Source of the DNA: Verrucomicrobiota bacterium
Lineage (GTDB): Bacteria; Verrucomicrobiota; Verrucomicrobiia; Limisphaerales; UBA11358
NCBI GenBank assembly: GCA_049522015.1
Contig: JBEKOG010000028.1
Coordinates: 323 to 64,322, forward strand
DNA length: 64,000 nt
Direction of reading: 5' to 3'
The position numbers and the translations under genes were made by a program. The notes below the pieces were generated by a model, which saw only the letters and a program-made list of their open reading frames with translations, searched no databases and was not told where the DNA came from. Of the stretch, positions 1 through 9,467 are shown piece by piece; the stretch's first letter is position 1; every line of letters begins with the position of its first letter.

Positions 1-85
1 GCCACTTTTGAATCGACAAACCGCAGTGGTTCCACTTCTACTATTGGTTTTACGCCGTTCACGAAACCAAACGACTGACTTCAAA

Positions 86-3000
86 ATGGAAAAGCAAAAA
101 CTGAAGAACGCCAAGGGCCAGGCTGTGAAGCCGTCGCCTGCCGCCAAGACGCCTCCACCAGCATCCATACGAGTGCCTCCGCTCTTCCGTAAAATAGACT
201 GGCTGGCACTGGTCATCACCTTTGCGGTGCTTTGGATCGTTTATTTTCTAACGCTGGCGCCGGAGCAAACTCTGGAGGACTCCGGCGAATTGTGCACCGG
301 CTCATTCTACGCGGGCATTCCCCATCCGCCAGGTTATCCTTTTTGGGCGATCTATTCCTGGCTTTGGACGAAACTGTTGGTGGTTGGGAATGTCGCGTGG
401 CGCGTGGAAGTGGGCGAAGCCACCGCCGCCGCCCTGGCCTGCGGCTTGGTGGCCTTCCTGGTTTCACGAGGCAGCAGCATGCTCATGGAAGGAATCGAAG
501 AGTTGCGGAACATGACGGGAAAATGGGAAAACGTCATTTGTATGGTTTCAGGAATTGTCGCGGGCCTGCTGCTTGGCCTCGGGGGCGTCATGTGGAGCGA
601 GTCGGTCGTCATCAATCGAATTTCTCCCTTCGGTGTGCCTTGGATGATGATCGTTCTGCTTTGTCTCCTGAGGTGGATTTACGCTCCGCACCAGCGGGGC
701 TACCTCTATTGCGCCATGTTCTTTTTTGGAATCTGCCTGACCATTCACCAGACCCTGCTCTGCGCGGCAGTGGGCATTGAGGTCGCTGTCGCTGCCACCC
801 AACCCCGGCTGGGTCGCGACCTCTTTCTTGGCAACAGCATCGTTTATGTGCTGGGGTTGATTGCAAATAGCACACACTTCACCAACATGCTCGACACGGC
901 CCCGATGGTGCTGATCCTTTACCACACTGTTGGGCTTGCCTCGATCGCCGCCTGGATTTGGCTGGGTTTTAAGACCAAGGGTCTCGGCACCGAATGGAAG
1001 GCGGTTCTTTTGATGGGGCTATTGTGGCTGGCGGGCGCATCATTCTTCTTCTACGAGCCGATTGCGGGCATGACCGATCCGCCGATGCAATGGGGTTATC
1101 CGCGTACGGTTGAAGGATTCTTCCACGCGTTAAGCCGCGGCCAGTACGAGAAAGCCAGTCCATCGGACTTTATCCATGATCCAGGTCGTTTCATCGTGCA
1201 GCTCGGCATTCTGGTCAGCGATATTGCCACCGAGTTCAATTGGGTTTTGGTGTTCGTTGCGCTGGTGCCGCTGTTGTTTTTCTTCAAAATGCAAAAGCGC
1301 GAACGCTCCTGGATCACCGGTCTGGTCGCGATCTATCTTTGCATCGGCGTGCTGCTGATGGTTCTCATGAACACGTCGCCCGACCGCCAGTCGGCGGAGT
1401 TGAACAAGGTGTTCTTTATTAGCTCCCACAGCATAATCGCAATCATGATCGGTTACGGCTTGGCGCTTACCGCCGCTTACATGGCAACTCATTTCGTGCG
1501 GATACGCGTCGTCGGGATCCTGCTGGGAGTGGTGACCATCGTGCCGGCGCTTATTACACTTTACGATGGCGTGTGCCACACGTTCTACGGCGACGCCGGC
1601 TTGTTGTCATACATACTCATCCTGCTCCTGTATTTCTGCCTGGCCGCCGCCTTCGTTCTTGCCGCCCTGGCGGGACAGTGCCTGGTCAAAATCCGTGACA
1701 CCTCCGTTCTCCCTCAGGAAAGCGACCGGTCGTATTTTCTGGTATTAATCATCGCGGCGGCGGTTTTCCTTGGCACGGCCATCATTATGGTTTTCTTCCG
1801 AAACGACAGCTTGAGTTTCGCGCAATTTTGTGCGGCCTTGGGCCGGGTCTTTGCTCCGAATCAATACAGCCTCCCGGCCATGGCGGGATTGCTGATCGTG
1901 GGCATCGCCGTGACCTTCCTTGGCAGTCTGTTGATTTACCGGCAGCGCGCCCCGCTGGCGATCACCTTGGGACTTTTCGCCCTCATCCCGCTGGCCTCTG
2001 GTTTGTCCCACTGGGCGCACAGCGAACAACGGAATCACTGGTTTGGTTACTGGTTTGGACACGACATGTTCACCCCACCGTTCGTTGCGCCGGATGGCCA
2101 GTTCAGCTACGACGCCAAATTGCGCGAACAGGCGATGAAAGGTCCCAACGGTGATCTGGTTTATCCTGAGATGACCAAGGACACGATCCTTTTTGGCGGC
2201 ACCGACCCCGGCCGTTTTTGTCCCACTTACGCGATCTATTGTGACAGTTTCATTCCGCACGATTGCCAGCCTGCCCAAGACCAGAACTTTGACCGCCGGG
2301 ACGTTTATCTTATCACGCAAAATGCCCTGGCCGACGGCACTTATCTCGATTACCTCCGCGCGCAGTATTTTCGCAGCCAGCAGATAGACCCGCCCTTTTT
2401 CAGCGAACTCGCTCGCACCCTGCTCAAGGATCAGCCATACGTAACAAATCTGCTGGCCCGCATCGTTTCACCGCTGGATTGGATTTTTGAAGCTCGCGGT
2501 GCCCACATAGAAAAACGCTGGCGCGTCTCCACCTCGTGGTTCACCGGCAAGGATTTCACCAACCTGCCAGCCTTGGTGGCTAAATTGCGCCCCAGTGACA
2601 AACAAGACCCGCTCTCCCAGTGGCTCTTTCAGAGCCTCGGCAAACCGGCTCAAGACTTGATCACCGGCAAGGGCAATGAAAGCCAGTTGCGCATGGCGCT
2701 GACTGCTGACTTGAACCATTTGCTCGAAACTGACACGATTTACGACACCAGCCGGTTTGCCCGGGTGAAGCTTTCGGATTACCTTCAACAGTTCCTGGCG
2801 CAAAATCCCCAGAGCGACACTCGCATTCGCTTGAATCGGCTGCTGCTCGAAGCTGCTTATCCGGACGAAATTGCCAAAAGCTCCGGAGGGGTTTATCCGG
2901 ACCGCGAGATTTACATTCCGAGTCCTGAGGATTCGCAACGATGCTTCCAGGATTATATGGAAGACGTGCAACACCGGATGCAGCTTGGCCAGATGATCCC

Positions 3001-4207
3001 CGGCGAGGATGTGCATGTTGATCCCAGTGGAAGAATGCAGGTTAGCGGCCAGGTTGCCGTGATGATGATCAACGGTTTGTTGTGCAAAGTCATTTTCGAT
3101 CATAATCCGAAAAACGAATTTTTCATCGAGGAAAGTTTCCCGTTGCCATGGATGTATCCGTATGAAATGCCCTTCAGCATCATCATGAAAATCAACCGCA
3201 AACCTCTGCCGGAACTCCCCGATGAGGTCTTTAAGCGGGATCACGCTTTTTGGAGCAAGTATTCCGACCGGCTCATCGGCAACTGGATCACTTATGACAC
3301 CTCGGTTTCCAACATCGTGGATTTCATTGAAAGGGTCTATTTGCGCCACAATTATGCCGGCTTCCAGGGCGACCTCAAATTTGTGCGCGACGACCAGGCG
3401 CAAAAGGCGTTTTCCAAACTGCGCAGCTCCCAAGCCGGTGTTTATTCTTGGCGTTTGGGTCCGCAATGCCCGGATGAGTATCGCCAAAAAACCGCCGTCG
3501 GAACGCAAGCGCTGGTCCGCGAGACCGATTTCGCATGCAAACAAGCGTTTGCCTTTTGCCCCTACAGTCCGGAAGCCGTCATTCGTTACGTCAATTTTTT
3601 GCTTCAGTATGGTCGTATAGACGACGCGCTTCTCGTCGCCCAAACCTGTCACAAACTTGACCCGTACAATGATCAGGGGAAGGTGCTCGTGAAACAGTTG
3701 GAGGATATCAAAAACCAATCCGCAAACCGCGCCCAGATCGAAACCCAGGTGCAGCACATGGAAAATGAAGCGCGGACGAACCCGGGCAATCTTCCAAACG
3801 TCCTGTCCCTCGCCGGCATCTACATTCAAATGCAACAAACCAATCGGGCCATTGAACTTTTTGATCGTGCGTTGGCCAACCCGCATATTACTTCCAACGA
3901 AGCCGGTTTCATTGCCCAGAAATATGTTGAATTGGGCAACCTGACCAAACTGGAAGAAGTCCTCCAAAAAATCGTCACCCTCGTCCCCGACCAGCCCGAA
4001 CCCTGGTATGATATCGCCGCGCTCGATGTCGTGATGGGCAAGCCAGACCAAAGCTTCCCGAACCTGCGCAAATCACTTGACCTCAGCGCCCAGCGGCTCA
4101 AGGGCAACCCCACCGCGCGCGACCTGCTGGCCGAGGTGCGGAAAGACCCACGCTTTGATTCGGTGCGGAACACACCCGAGTATCAAAAAATAGTTCCGCC
4201 CTATTGA
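86..4207 (+). CDS. Large polytopic membrane protein: DUF2723 / GT-C-fold glycosyltransferase-like N-terminal half, C-terminal TPR repeats
   Basis: ORF 8..4207 is open to the window edge. The first ATG at 86 (MEKQKLKNAKG) precedes the first hydrophobic helix. DSGELCTGSFYAGIPHPPGYPFW matches my recollection of the DUF2723 signature. Many TM helices in the first ~650 aa; TPR-like repeats in the last ~250 aa. Confidence 0.8.
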   Translation: MEKQKLKNAKGQAVKPSPAAKTPPPASIRVPPLFRKIDWLALVITFAVLWIVYFLTLAPEQTLEDSGELCTGSFYAGIPHPPGYPFWAIYSWLWTKLLVVGNVAWRVEVGEATAAALACGLVAFLVSRGSSMLMEGIEELRNMTGKWENVICMVSGIVAGLLLGLGGVMWSESVVINRISPFGVPWMMIVLLCLLRWIYAPHQRGYLYCAMFFFGICLTIHQTLLCAAVGIEVAVAATQPRLGRDLFLGNSIVYVLGLIANSTHFTNMLDTAPMVLILYHTVGLASIAAWIWLGFKTKGLGTEWKAVLLMGLLWLAGASFFFYEPIAGMTDPPMQWGYPRTVEGFFHALSRGQYEKASPSDFIHDPGRFIVQLGILVSDIATEFNWVLVFVALVPLLFFFKMQKRERSWITGLVAIYLCIGVLLMVLMNTSPDRQSAELNKVFFISSHSIIAIMIGYGLALTAAYMATHFVRIRVVGILLGVVTIVPALITLYDGVCHTFYGDAGLLSYILILLLYFCLAAAFVLAALAGQCLVKIRDTSVLPQESDRSYFLVLIIAAAVFLGTAIIMVFFRNDSLSFAQFCAALGRVFAPNQYSLPAMAGLLIVGIAVTFLGSLLIYRQRAPLAITLGLFALIPLASGLSHWAHSEQRNHWFGYWFGHDMFTPPFVAPDGQFSYDAKLREQAMKGPNGDLVYPEMTKDTILFGGTDPGRFCPTYAIYCDSFIPHDCQPAQDQNFDRRDVYLITQNALADGTYLDYLRAQYFRSQQIDPPFFSELARTLLKDQPYVTNLLARIVSPLDWIFEARGAHIEKRWRVSTSWFTGKDFTNLPALVAKLRPSDKQDPLSQWLFQSLGKPAQDLITGKGNESQLRMALTADLNHLLETDTIYDTSRFARVKLSDYLQQFLAQNPQSDTRIRLNRLLLEAAYPDEIAKSSGGVYPDREIYIPSPEDSQRCFQDYMEDVQHRMQLGQMIPGEDVHVDPSGRMQVSGQVAVMMINGLLCKVIFDHNPKNEFFIEESFPLPWMYPYEMPFSIIMKINRKPLPELPDEVFKRDHAFWSKYSDRLIGNWITYDTSVSNIVDFIERVYLRHNYAGFQGDLKFVRDDQAQKAFSKLRSSQAGVYSWRLGPQCPDEYRQKTAVGTQALVRETDFACKQAFAFCPYSPEAVIRYVNFLLQYGRIDDALLVAQTCHKLDPYNDQGKVLVKQLEDIKNQSANRAQIETQVQHMENEARTNPGNLPNVLSLAGIYIQMQQTNRAIELFDRALANPHITSNEAGFIAQKYVELGNLTKLEEVLQKIVTLVPDQPEPWYDIAALDVVMGKPDQSFPNLRKSLDLSAQRLKGNPTARDLLAEVRKDPRFDSVRNTPEYQKIVPPY

Positions 4208-4209
4208 CC

Positions 4210-4234
4210 AATTTCAAATCTCAAGTTTGAAATT
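4210..4234. repeat. Perfect A/T-rich inverted repeat AATTTCAAA-N7-TTTGAAATT between the gene 1 stop and grpE
   Basis: Read directly: 9-bp arms at 4210-4218 and 4226-4234. It could be a weak terminator or an operator; it is not a CIRCE element. Confidence 0.3.
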
Positions 4235-4327
4235 CCCAACGCCGGGTTGCCGGCCACGTCTCAGTTGCCGAAGGACAGCCAATCCGCTAACTTGACACCC
4301 CGGCAACATTTATGTCGGGATCATTGT

Positions 4328-4918
4328 ATGAAGAAATCGGAGTCAGACAAAAAAAACTGGGAGGCCAGGGCCGCCGCGACTCAGCCGCCGCCGGCCAATG
4401 TTCCCGTCGTGGCCGAACTCACGCCGGAGCAACTCGAAGAACTAAAAACTCGCGCCGCCAAGGCGGACGAGCATTGGGACCGCCTCCTGCGCATTGCCGC
4501 CGATCTCGAAAATTTCAAAAAACGCGCCGCGCGCGAGCGCATCGAGGCTGCTCAATCTGCCAACGTCGCGCTTCTGCTAAAACTGCTGCCCGTGCTCGAC
4601 CATTTTGAAATGGCGCAGGCCACCACGCAAACCGCGGAAGCCCCGCAAAGCGGAATTGCATCCTTGCAGGCCGGCATCACCATGATTCAGCAGCAACTCA
4701 AAGGCGTTCTCGCTGAGACTGGTCTTGAAGAAATTGATGCCAATGGCAAACCGTTCGATCCGATGCTGCACGAGGCCGTTTCGCAATTGGAAACCGACGA
4801 CGCGCCCGAAGGGCAGGTCGTCCAACAAATTCGCAAAGGTTACAAATTGCGTGACCGCCTGCTGCGACCGGCGGCGGTCGTTGTCGCCAAAAAACCTTCT
4901 GCGCCCCCCGCAGCCTGA
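4328..4918 (+). CDS. grpE: Nucleotide exchange factor GrpE
   Basis: LRIAADLENFKKRAARE and the C-terminal GYKLRDRLLRPAAVVV are typical of GrpE. ATG at 4328 (MKKSESDKK) is preferred over the upstream TTG at 4247. dnaJ follows directly. Confidence 0.9.
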   Translation: MKKSESDKKNWEARAAATQPPPANVPVVAELTPEQLEELKTRAAKADEHWDRLLRIAADLENFKKRAARERIEAAQSANVALLLKLLPVLDHFEMAQATTQTAEAPQSGIASLQAGITMIQQQLKGVLAETGLEEIDANGKPFDPMLHEAVSQLETDDAPEGQVVQQIRKGYKLRDRLLRPAAVVVAKKPSAPPAA

Positions 4919-4921
4919 GCC

Positions 4922-6055
4922 ATGCCCAAGCGCGATTATTACGAAGTGCTCGGCGTCAGTCGCAACGCCGGCGATGAAGAAATCAAAAAGGCTTATCGCC
5001 GGCTGGCCGTCAAATTTCATCCGGACAAAAATTCGGGCGACAAAACCGCCGAGGAAAAATTCAAGGAAATCGGCGAGGCCTACGAGGCGTTGAGTGATCC
5101 GCAAAGGCGCGCCGCCTACGATCAATACGGCCACGCGGCATTCGATCCGCGGGCGCGGGCCGGCCGCGGATTCGGCGGCGCCGGCGGCTTTCATGATCCG
5201 TTCGAAATCTTCCGCGAAGTTTTCGGCAGCGGAAGCATCTTCGAAAGTTTTTTTGGCGGCGGCCGGGACCCGTCGCAACCGCAGCGTGGCGGCGACCTGC
5301 GTTATGATTTGGAAATCACACTGGAAGAGGCTGCGCTCGGCTGCGAGAAGGAAATTTCCGTGTCGAAACTCGACCGTTGTGATGCGTGCAATGGCTCCGG
5401 CATGGAGCACGGCTCAAAAATCCGGACGTGCTCAACCTGCGGCGGACGCGGGCAGGTGCTCACGTCCCGCGGCATCTTTAGCATCGCGCAAACATGCCCG
5501 CATTGCAAAGGCGCGGGACGCATTTTGGAAAAACCGTGCAAATCCTGCCACGGCGAGGGAAAGCGCGAACACGGTTCCAAAATCAAACTCCGCATTCCGC
5601 CGGGTGTGGACGCGGGTGCGCGCCTGCGTTCCCCCGGCAACGGCGAAGCCGGCTTTCGCGGCGGGCCGCCGGGCGATCTTTACGTCGTGTTGCATGTCAA
5701 GGCGCATGAAATATTCCAGCGCGACGGCGACGACCTGCTATGCGAAGTGCCGGTCAGTTTTGTTCAGGCGACTCTCGGCGCGGAAATTGAAGTGCCCACG
5801 CTCGATGGCCGGGCCACCATTAAGATTCCTGTCGGCACGCAACCGGGTACGACCTTTCGTATCAAAGGCAAAGGCGTGAAAAATCTGCAGGGCTATGGCC
5901 ACGGCGATTTGCACGTCCGCGTTCAGGTCGAAGTTCCGACGCGCTTGAACCACGAACAAGAAGCCAAATTGCAGGAATTCGCTGAATTGTGCGGCGAAGA
6001 CGCCAACCCCATCAGCAAAAGTTTTTTTGAAAAAGCAAAAAAATTGTTCCAATGA
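4922..6055 (+). CDS. dnaJ: Molecular chaperone DnaJ
   Basis: J domain (DYYEVLGV...HPDKN), G/F-rich linker, and four CxxCxGxG zinc-finger motifs ([32 protein letters not shown]). Confidence 0.97.
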   Translation: MPKRDYYEVLGVSRNAGDEEIKKAYRRLAVKFHPDKNSGDKTAEEKFKEIGEAYEALSDPQRRAAYDQYGHAAFDPRARAGRGFGGAGGFHDPFEIFREVFGSGSIFESFFGGGRDPSQPQRGGDLRYDLEITLEEAALGCEKEISVSKLDRCDACNGSGMEHGSKIRTCSTCGGRGQVLTSRGIFSIAQTCPHCKGAGRILEKPCKSCHGEGKREHGSKIKLRIPPGVDAGARLRSPGNGEAGFRGGPPGDLYVVLHVKAHEIFQRDGDDLLCEVPVSFVQATLGAEIEVPTLDGRATIKIPVGTQPGTTFRIKGKGVKNLQGYGHGDLHVRVQVEVPTRLNHEQEAKLQEFAELCGEDANPISKSFFEKAKKLFQ

Positions 6056-6062
6056 ATTCTGT

Positions 6063-6130
6063 AGGAGACGAGGTAACGAGTCTCTGACTGAACTCACGGA
6101 AAAAGAGTGAGACTCCTCACGTCGTCTCCT
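6063..6130. repeat. 68-nt palindromic intergenic element (22-nt imperfect arms)
   Basis: aggagacgaggtaacgagtctc at 6063-6084 pairs with gagactcctcacgtcgtctcct at 6109-6130. Lies between dnaJ and rsmE. Confidence 0.7.
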
Positions 6131-6142
6131 CCAATTCAACAA

Positions 6143-6985
6143 ATGCATCGTTTCTACCTGCCGCCCGAACGTTGCGCCGGCGCCGCCCTCCGTCTCGACG
6201 GACGCGAGGCGCATCACGCGCTGCATGTTTTGCGTTTGAAGCGCGGCGAACTCATCACCGTTTTGGACGGCGTCGGAAATGAATTTCTTTGTGCGGTCGA
6301 AACCAGTTCGCGCAATGCCGTCACGCTTTCCGTGTCGCTGAAAAATTTCACGCCACCCCTGCCCTGCTCCATCACGCTGCTGCAAGCCGTGCCCAAGGGG
6401 AAAATCATCGAAAGCATTATTCAAAAGGCCGTTGAACTTGGCGCGCGGCGCATCGTGCCGCTGCTGACCGAACGCGTGGTGACGCAACTCGACGAAGAAG
6501 ACGCCGCAGACAAGCGTAAGAAGTGGCAGCAAGTGGCGATTGAAGCCATCAAGCAGTGCGGCGCGGCGTGGCTGCCGCAAATTGAAGCGCCAACGACTAT
6601 CGAAAATTTTCTGGCATCTTATCGTAGCGGCGGTCGGCAGACCGCCGGACTTGTCGGGGAAAACGAAAAGTGCGGCTCTCTTCCGAAAGCCGCTACGCCG
6701 ACGCATTTTGAACTGGCATTGGTAGGTTCCCTCCAAAAGGAACGCCATCATCCACGTGAATGCTTGAGCGGGTTTCAGGCGAAGCACGGACGGTTACCGC
6801 AAAGTGTCGGCGTTTGGATTGGGCCGGAAGGCGATTTTACGCCTGAGGAACTGGAAGCGATCCAAGCGTCGGGCGCGCTGCCGATTTCACTTGGCCGTCT
6901 GGTTTTGCGCGTCGAGACCGCGGCGATTTACTGCCTCTCGATTTTGAATTACGAATTGAATTCCGTGGTGGAGTCCAAGCTCTAA
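6143..6985 (+). CDS. rsmE: 16S rRNA (uracil1498-N3)-methyltransferase RsmE, carrying an internal REP-doublet insertion
   Basis: MHRFYLPPE start, PKGxKxExIIQKAVELG, and the C-terminal GPEGDFTPEE...LG..VLRVETA motif. ATG at 6143. Confidence 0.9.
   Translation: MHRFYLPPERCAGAALRLDGREAHHALHVLRLKRGELITVLDGVGNEFLCAVETSSRNAVTLSVSLKNFTPPLPCSITLLQAVPKGKIIESIIQKAVELGARRIVPLLTERVVTQLDEEDAADKRKKWQQVAIEAIKQCGAAWLPQIEAPTTIENFLASYRSGGRQTAGLVGENEKCGSLPKAATPTHFELALVGSLQKERHHPRECLSGFQAKHGRLPQSVGVWIGPEGDFTPEELEAIQASGALPISLGRLVLRVETAAIYCLSILNYELNSVVESKL
6624..6696. repeat. Inverted pair of GTAGC-hairpin REP-like units inside the rsmE reading frame
   Basis: Plus-strand unit gtagcggcggtcggcagaccgcc (6624-6646). 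Minus-strand unit gtagcggctttcggaagagagccgc (reverse complement of ~6671-6696). The same unit type recurs at 53020-53087 and 55698-55727. Confidence 0.7.
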
Positions 6986-7066
6986 CTTGCCATCACAAAC
7001 CAGCTGAAGCCCGAACTTCAACTCCCACGCGTTAAACCAAGACCAGCGTTCCACCGATGGCGCGCC

Positions 7067-8317
7067 TTACCTTGATTGCACCAACACCCGGAAGGCGCGG
7101 CCCAGATGTTCCGGATGCGTGAGGGTTTGAAACTGGCGCGCCCGGGCGGGAGTCCATCCGTCTTCGCTTCCGCCTCCGTCAGACTTCGGCGAAACAAGTT
7201 CGCTAAAAGATTTTTCCCGCAAAGTCTTTTCCAAAATCCGCGTCAGGAATTGCGATTGCGTCGAAAAAATCTCCGTTCTCAATCCCACGGATTCGCCGGC
7301 GGACTGGATGACGGAAAAATTGACATGCGCGGTGAGGTCCTGTCCCCCGACGTTCGCCAAAAGGTCGTCGCTGACATGATGACGAAAATAAGCGCGCAGC
7401 GTCCCGCGCGGACGACTGGGTGAAAACAGTTCGTCGGCAGTTAAACCGTAATCAATCGTCATCAGTTTTCCACGTTCCAAAATGCCGGCAGCCTCACGCC
7501 ACCAGCTTTCGGCGGCAGGACAGGTTTCGATGGTGTAGCCGTCAGGCAAAACGGCCAAAAGCGAAGATGGAAGATGGAAGATGGAAGATGGGGAATTTTC
7601 AAACGTGCCCCTCGCCCCGGCCCCGTAAAGGGGCGTGGCCCCACGGGGCTTTACGCCCTCTCCCCCGCTCCGCGGGGCGAGGGTGTCAGGAATCCGTGCC
7701 CATACGAATTTTTCGCCGTCAACCGCCACGCCCCATTCGAACCACTTTTTGTTTTGAGCGTCCCACCCAAGCCGGTGGACTGGCATGGCGTCAAGGAGTT
7801 CGTTGCTGAAAATGACGCCGCGCAGCGGCGGGTGACAAGTGGCAGGTGACGAGTGGCACATTCGCTCCTGAAGCAGCGATTGAAAGCCGGCAAACCAGCG
7901 AACACGCGGTACGAACTCACGCAAAGTTTCACCCTGCCATTCCTGCCGGCGGGCTGAAGGCTCGATGATCCAGTATTCGATCTGGTCGAGCAGTTCCGGT
8001 CGGTTGGATTGCAACCAAGTCAGGATGTCCCTGGCCAGTTGGCCATCATGGGCGCCGGCCTCGACAATTTGGACTGTGGACCATGGACTATGGACTTGGT
8101 CCTCCAGCCATTCGGCGAATTGAAACGCGAGCAACTGGCCGAACAATTCACCGACGCCGACGCTGGTGTAAAAATCACCGTGCCGGCCGGGATTGTCTTT
8201 TTTCGTTTCATAATATCCATGAACAGGACAGTAGAGGGCGAGTTCCATGAAACGCGCAAATGACAAAACCCCGCGCTGGGCGGCTTCGCGGCGGATGATT
8301 TCAAACAGGTTGTTCAC
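7067..8317 (-). CDS. SAM-dependent methyltransferase, MidA/NDUFAF7 (DUF185) family, with internal repeat insertions
   Basis: N-terminal FMELALYCPVHGYY..., VEAGAHDGQLARDIL (SAM-binding region) and C-terminal DLTAHVNFS fit the DUF185 family. GTG start at 8317. Confidence 0.8.
   Translation of the reverse strand: MNNLFEIIRREAAQRGVLSFARFMELALYCPVHGYYETKKDNPGRHGDFYTSVGVGELFGQLLAFQFAEWLEDQVHSPWSTVQIVEAGAHDGQLARDILTWLQSNRPELLDQIEYWIIEPSARRQEWQGETLREFVPRVRWFAGFQSLLQERMCHSSPATCHPPLRGVIFSNELLDAMPVHRLGWDAQNKKWFEWGVAVDGEKFVWARIPDTLAPRSGGEGVKPRGATPLYGAGARGTFENSPSSIFHLPSSLLAVLPDGYTIETCPAAESWWREAAGILERGKLMTIDYGLTADELFSPSRPRGTLRAYFRHHVSDDLLANVGGQDLTAHVNFSVIQSAGESVGLRTEIFSTQSQFLTRILEKTLREKSFSELVSPKSDGGGSEDGWTPARARQFQTLTHPEHLGRAFRVLVQSR
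7563..7686. repeat. Composite repeat inside the midA-like gene: (GAAGATG)x4 plus a G/C-rich nested palindrome
   Basis: gaagatg x4 at 7563-7590. It is followed by cccctcgcccc...ggggcgaggg, which is related to the intergenic palindrome at 31546-31601. The GAAGATG/CCATCTTC motif recurs at 37940-37970. Confidence 0.7.
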
Positions 8318-8366
8318 GGCTTGCGTTTGGCGCGGCGCTAGCTACATTTTTTGCAAACAAGAACTT

Positions 8367-9464
8367 ATGGCCAAAATAGATGCGTTTTTCAACCTGATGT
8401 TTGAACAAAAGGCGTCCGACTTGCACATGACCTCCGGCAATCCGCCCATGTTGCGCATCAACGGCGAGCTTCAGCGCGTGGATTATCCGCCGCTGGAAAA
8501 TGACTCGCTCAAGACCATGCTCTACGAAACCGCGCCGGATTACAAAATCAAACAATTTGAAGAGACGGGCGACGTGGATTTTGGCTACGAAATTCCGAAC
8601 ATCTCACGTTTCCGTGTTAATTTTTATAATCATAGAAACGGAATTGCCGCGGCGTTCCGGCAAATTCCCAGCCGCGTGCTTTCGTTTGAAGATTTTGAAA
8701 AACTGGAGGCGCCGCTGCCGCCGGTGCTCAAAAAATTCACCATGCTTCATCAGGGCCTAGTCCTGGTCACCGGGCCGACCGGCTCCGGCAAATCCACGAC
8801 CCTGGCGGCGATGATAGATTATGCGAACAGAAATCGCAAAGACCACATCATCACCCTGGAAGACCCGATTGAATTCGTCCACGAAAGCAAAAGTTGCCTG
8901 GTAAACCATCGGGAAGTCGGAGTCCACACCAAATCATTTTCCGCGGGCCTTCGCGGCGCGTTGCGTGAAGACCCGGACGTCATCCTCGTCGGTGAAATGC
9001 GCGACCTTGAGACCATCGAGCTGGCCATCACCGCCGCCGCCACCGGCCACCTGGTCTTTGGCACATTGCACACGCAAAGCGCCTCCAAAACGGTTGACCG
9101 CATCATTGACGTCTTTCCGGCGGACCAGCAAAACAAAATCCGCCAGACGCTTTCCGAGGCATTGAAAGGCATTGTGGCGCAGACCTTGTTCAAGCGCACG
9201 GACAAGAAAGGGCGCATCGCGGCGTTTGAAATTTTGGTCTTCAACACCGCCGTCGCCAACCTCGTGCGGGAAGGCAAAACGCACCAGCTTCCCGGCATGA
9301 TTCAAGTCGGCAAGAAAATCGGCAATCAACCGATGGATGATCATATCATGGAGCACGTGCGCATGAAACGCATTTCGCCGGAAGACGCTTATGACAAGGC
9401 GCTGGACCGGAAAAAATTCCGCTCCTTCCTCACCCATCCACCGGAAGACGACGATGCCTCTTGA
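8367..9464 (+). CDS. pilT: Type IV pilus twitching-motility ATPase PilT
   Basis: MAKIDAFFNLMFEQKASDLH, Walker A GPTGSGKST, and the GHLVFGTLHT motif. ATG at 8367 fits PilT length (365 aa). Confidence 0.9.
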   Translation: MAKIDAFFNLMFEQKASDLHMTSGNPPMLRINGELQRVDYPPLENDSLKTMLYETAPDYKIKQFEETGDVDFGYEIPNISRFRVNFYNHRNGIAAAFRQIPSRVLSFEDFEKLEAPLPPVLKKFTMLHQGLVLVTGPTGSGKSTTLAAMIDYANRNRKDHIITLEDPIEFVHESKSCLVNHREVGVHTKSFSAGLRGALREDPDVILVGEMRDLETIELAITAAATGHLVFGTLHTQSASKTVDRIIDVFPADQQNKIRQTLSEALKGIVAQTLFKRTDKKGRIAAFEILVFNTAVANLVREGKTHQLPGMIQVGKKIGNQPMDDHIMEHVRMKRISPEDAYDKALDRKKFRSFLTHPPEDDDAS

Positions 9465-9467
9465 TTT

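Noticed and set aside
2468-4051. 527-aa ORF antisense to the DUF2723-TPR gene. The same applies to long antisense or alternate-frame ORFs at 5738-6787, 5094-5879, 24349-25161, 29796-30845, 39754-40818, 46584-47660, 48167-49474, 51710-52786, 55758-56498 and 61748-63970.
   Set aside because: Each lies entirely opposite, or out of frame with, a gene that has clear family motifs. Their products are Arg/Gly/Ala-rich, low in complexity and without recognisable motifs. This is the usual shadow-ORF artefact of high-GC DNA.
4208-4327. CIRCE/HrcA operator or sigma-32 promoter upstream of grpE-dnaJ.
   Set aside because: No TTAGCACTC-N9-GAGTGCTAA is present. A TTGACA at 4293-4298 has no acceptable -10 at 16-18 nt. 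Only the A/T palindrome at 4210-4234 is reported, at low confidence.
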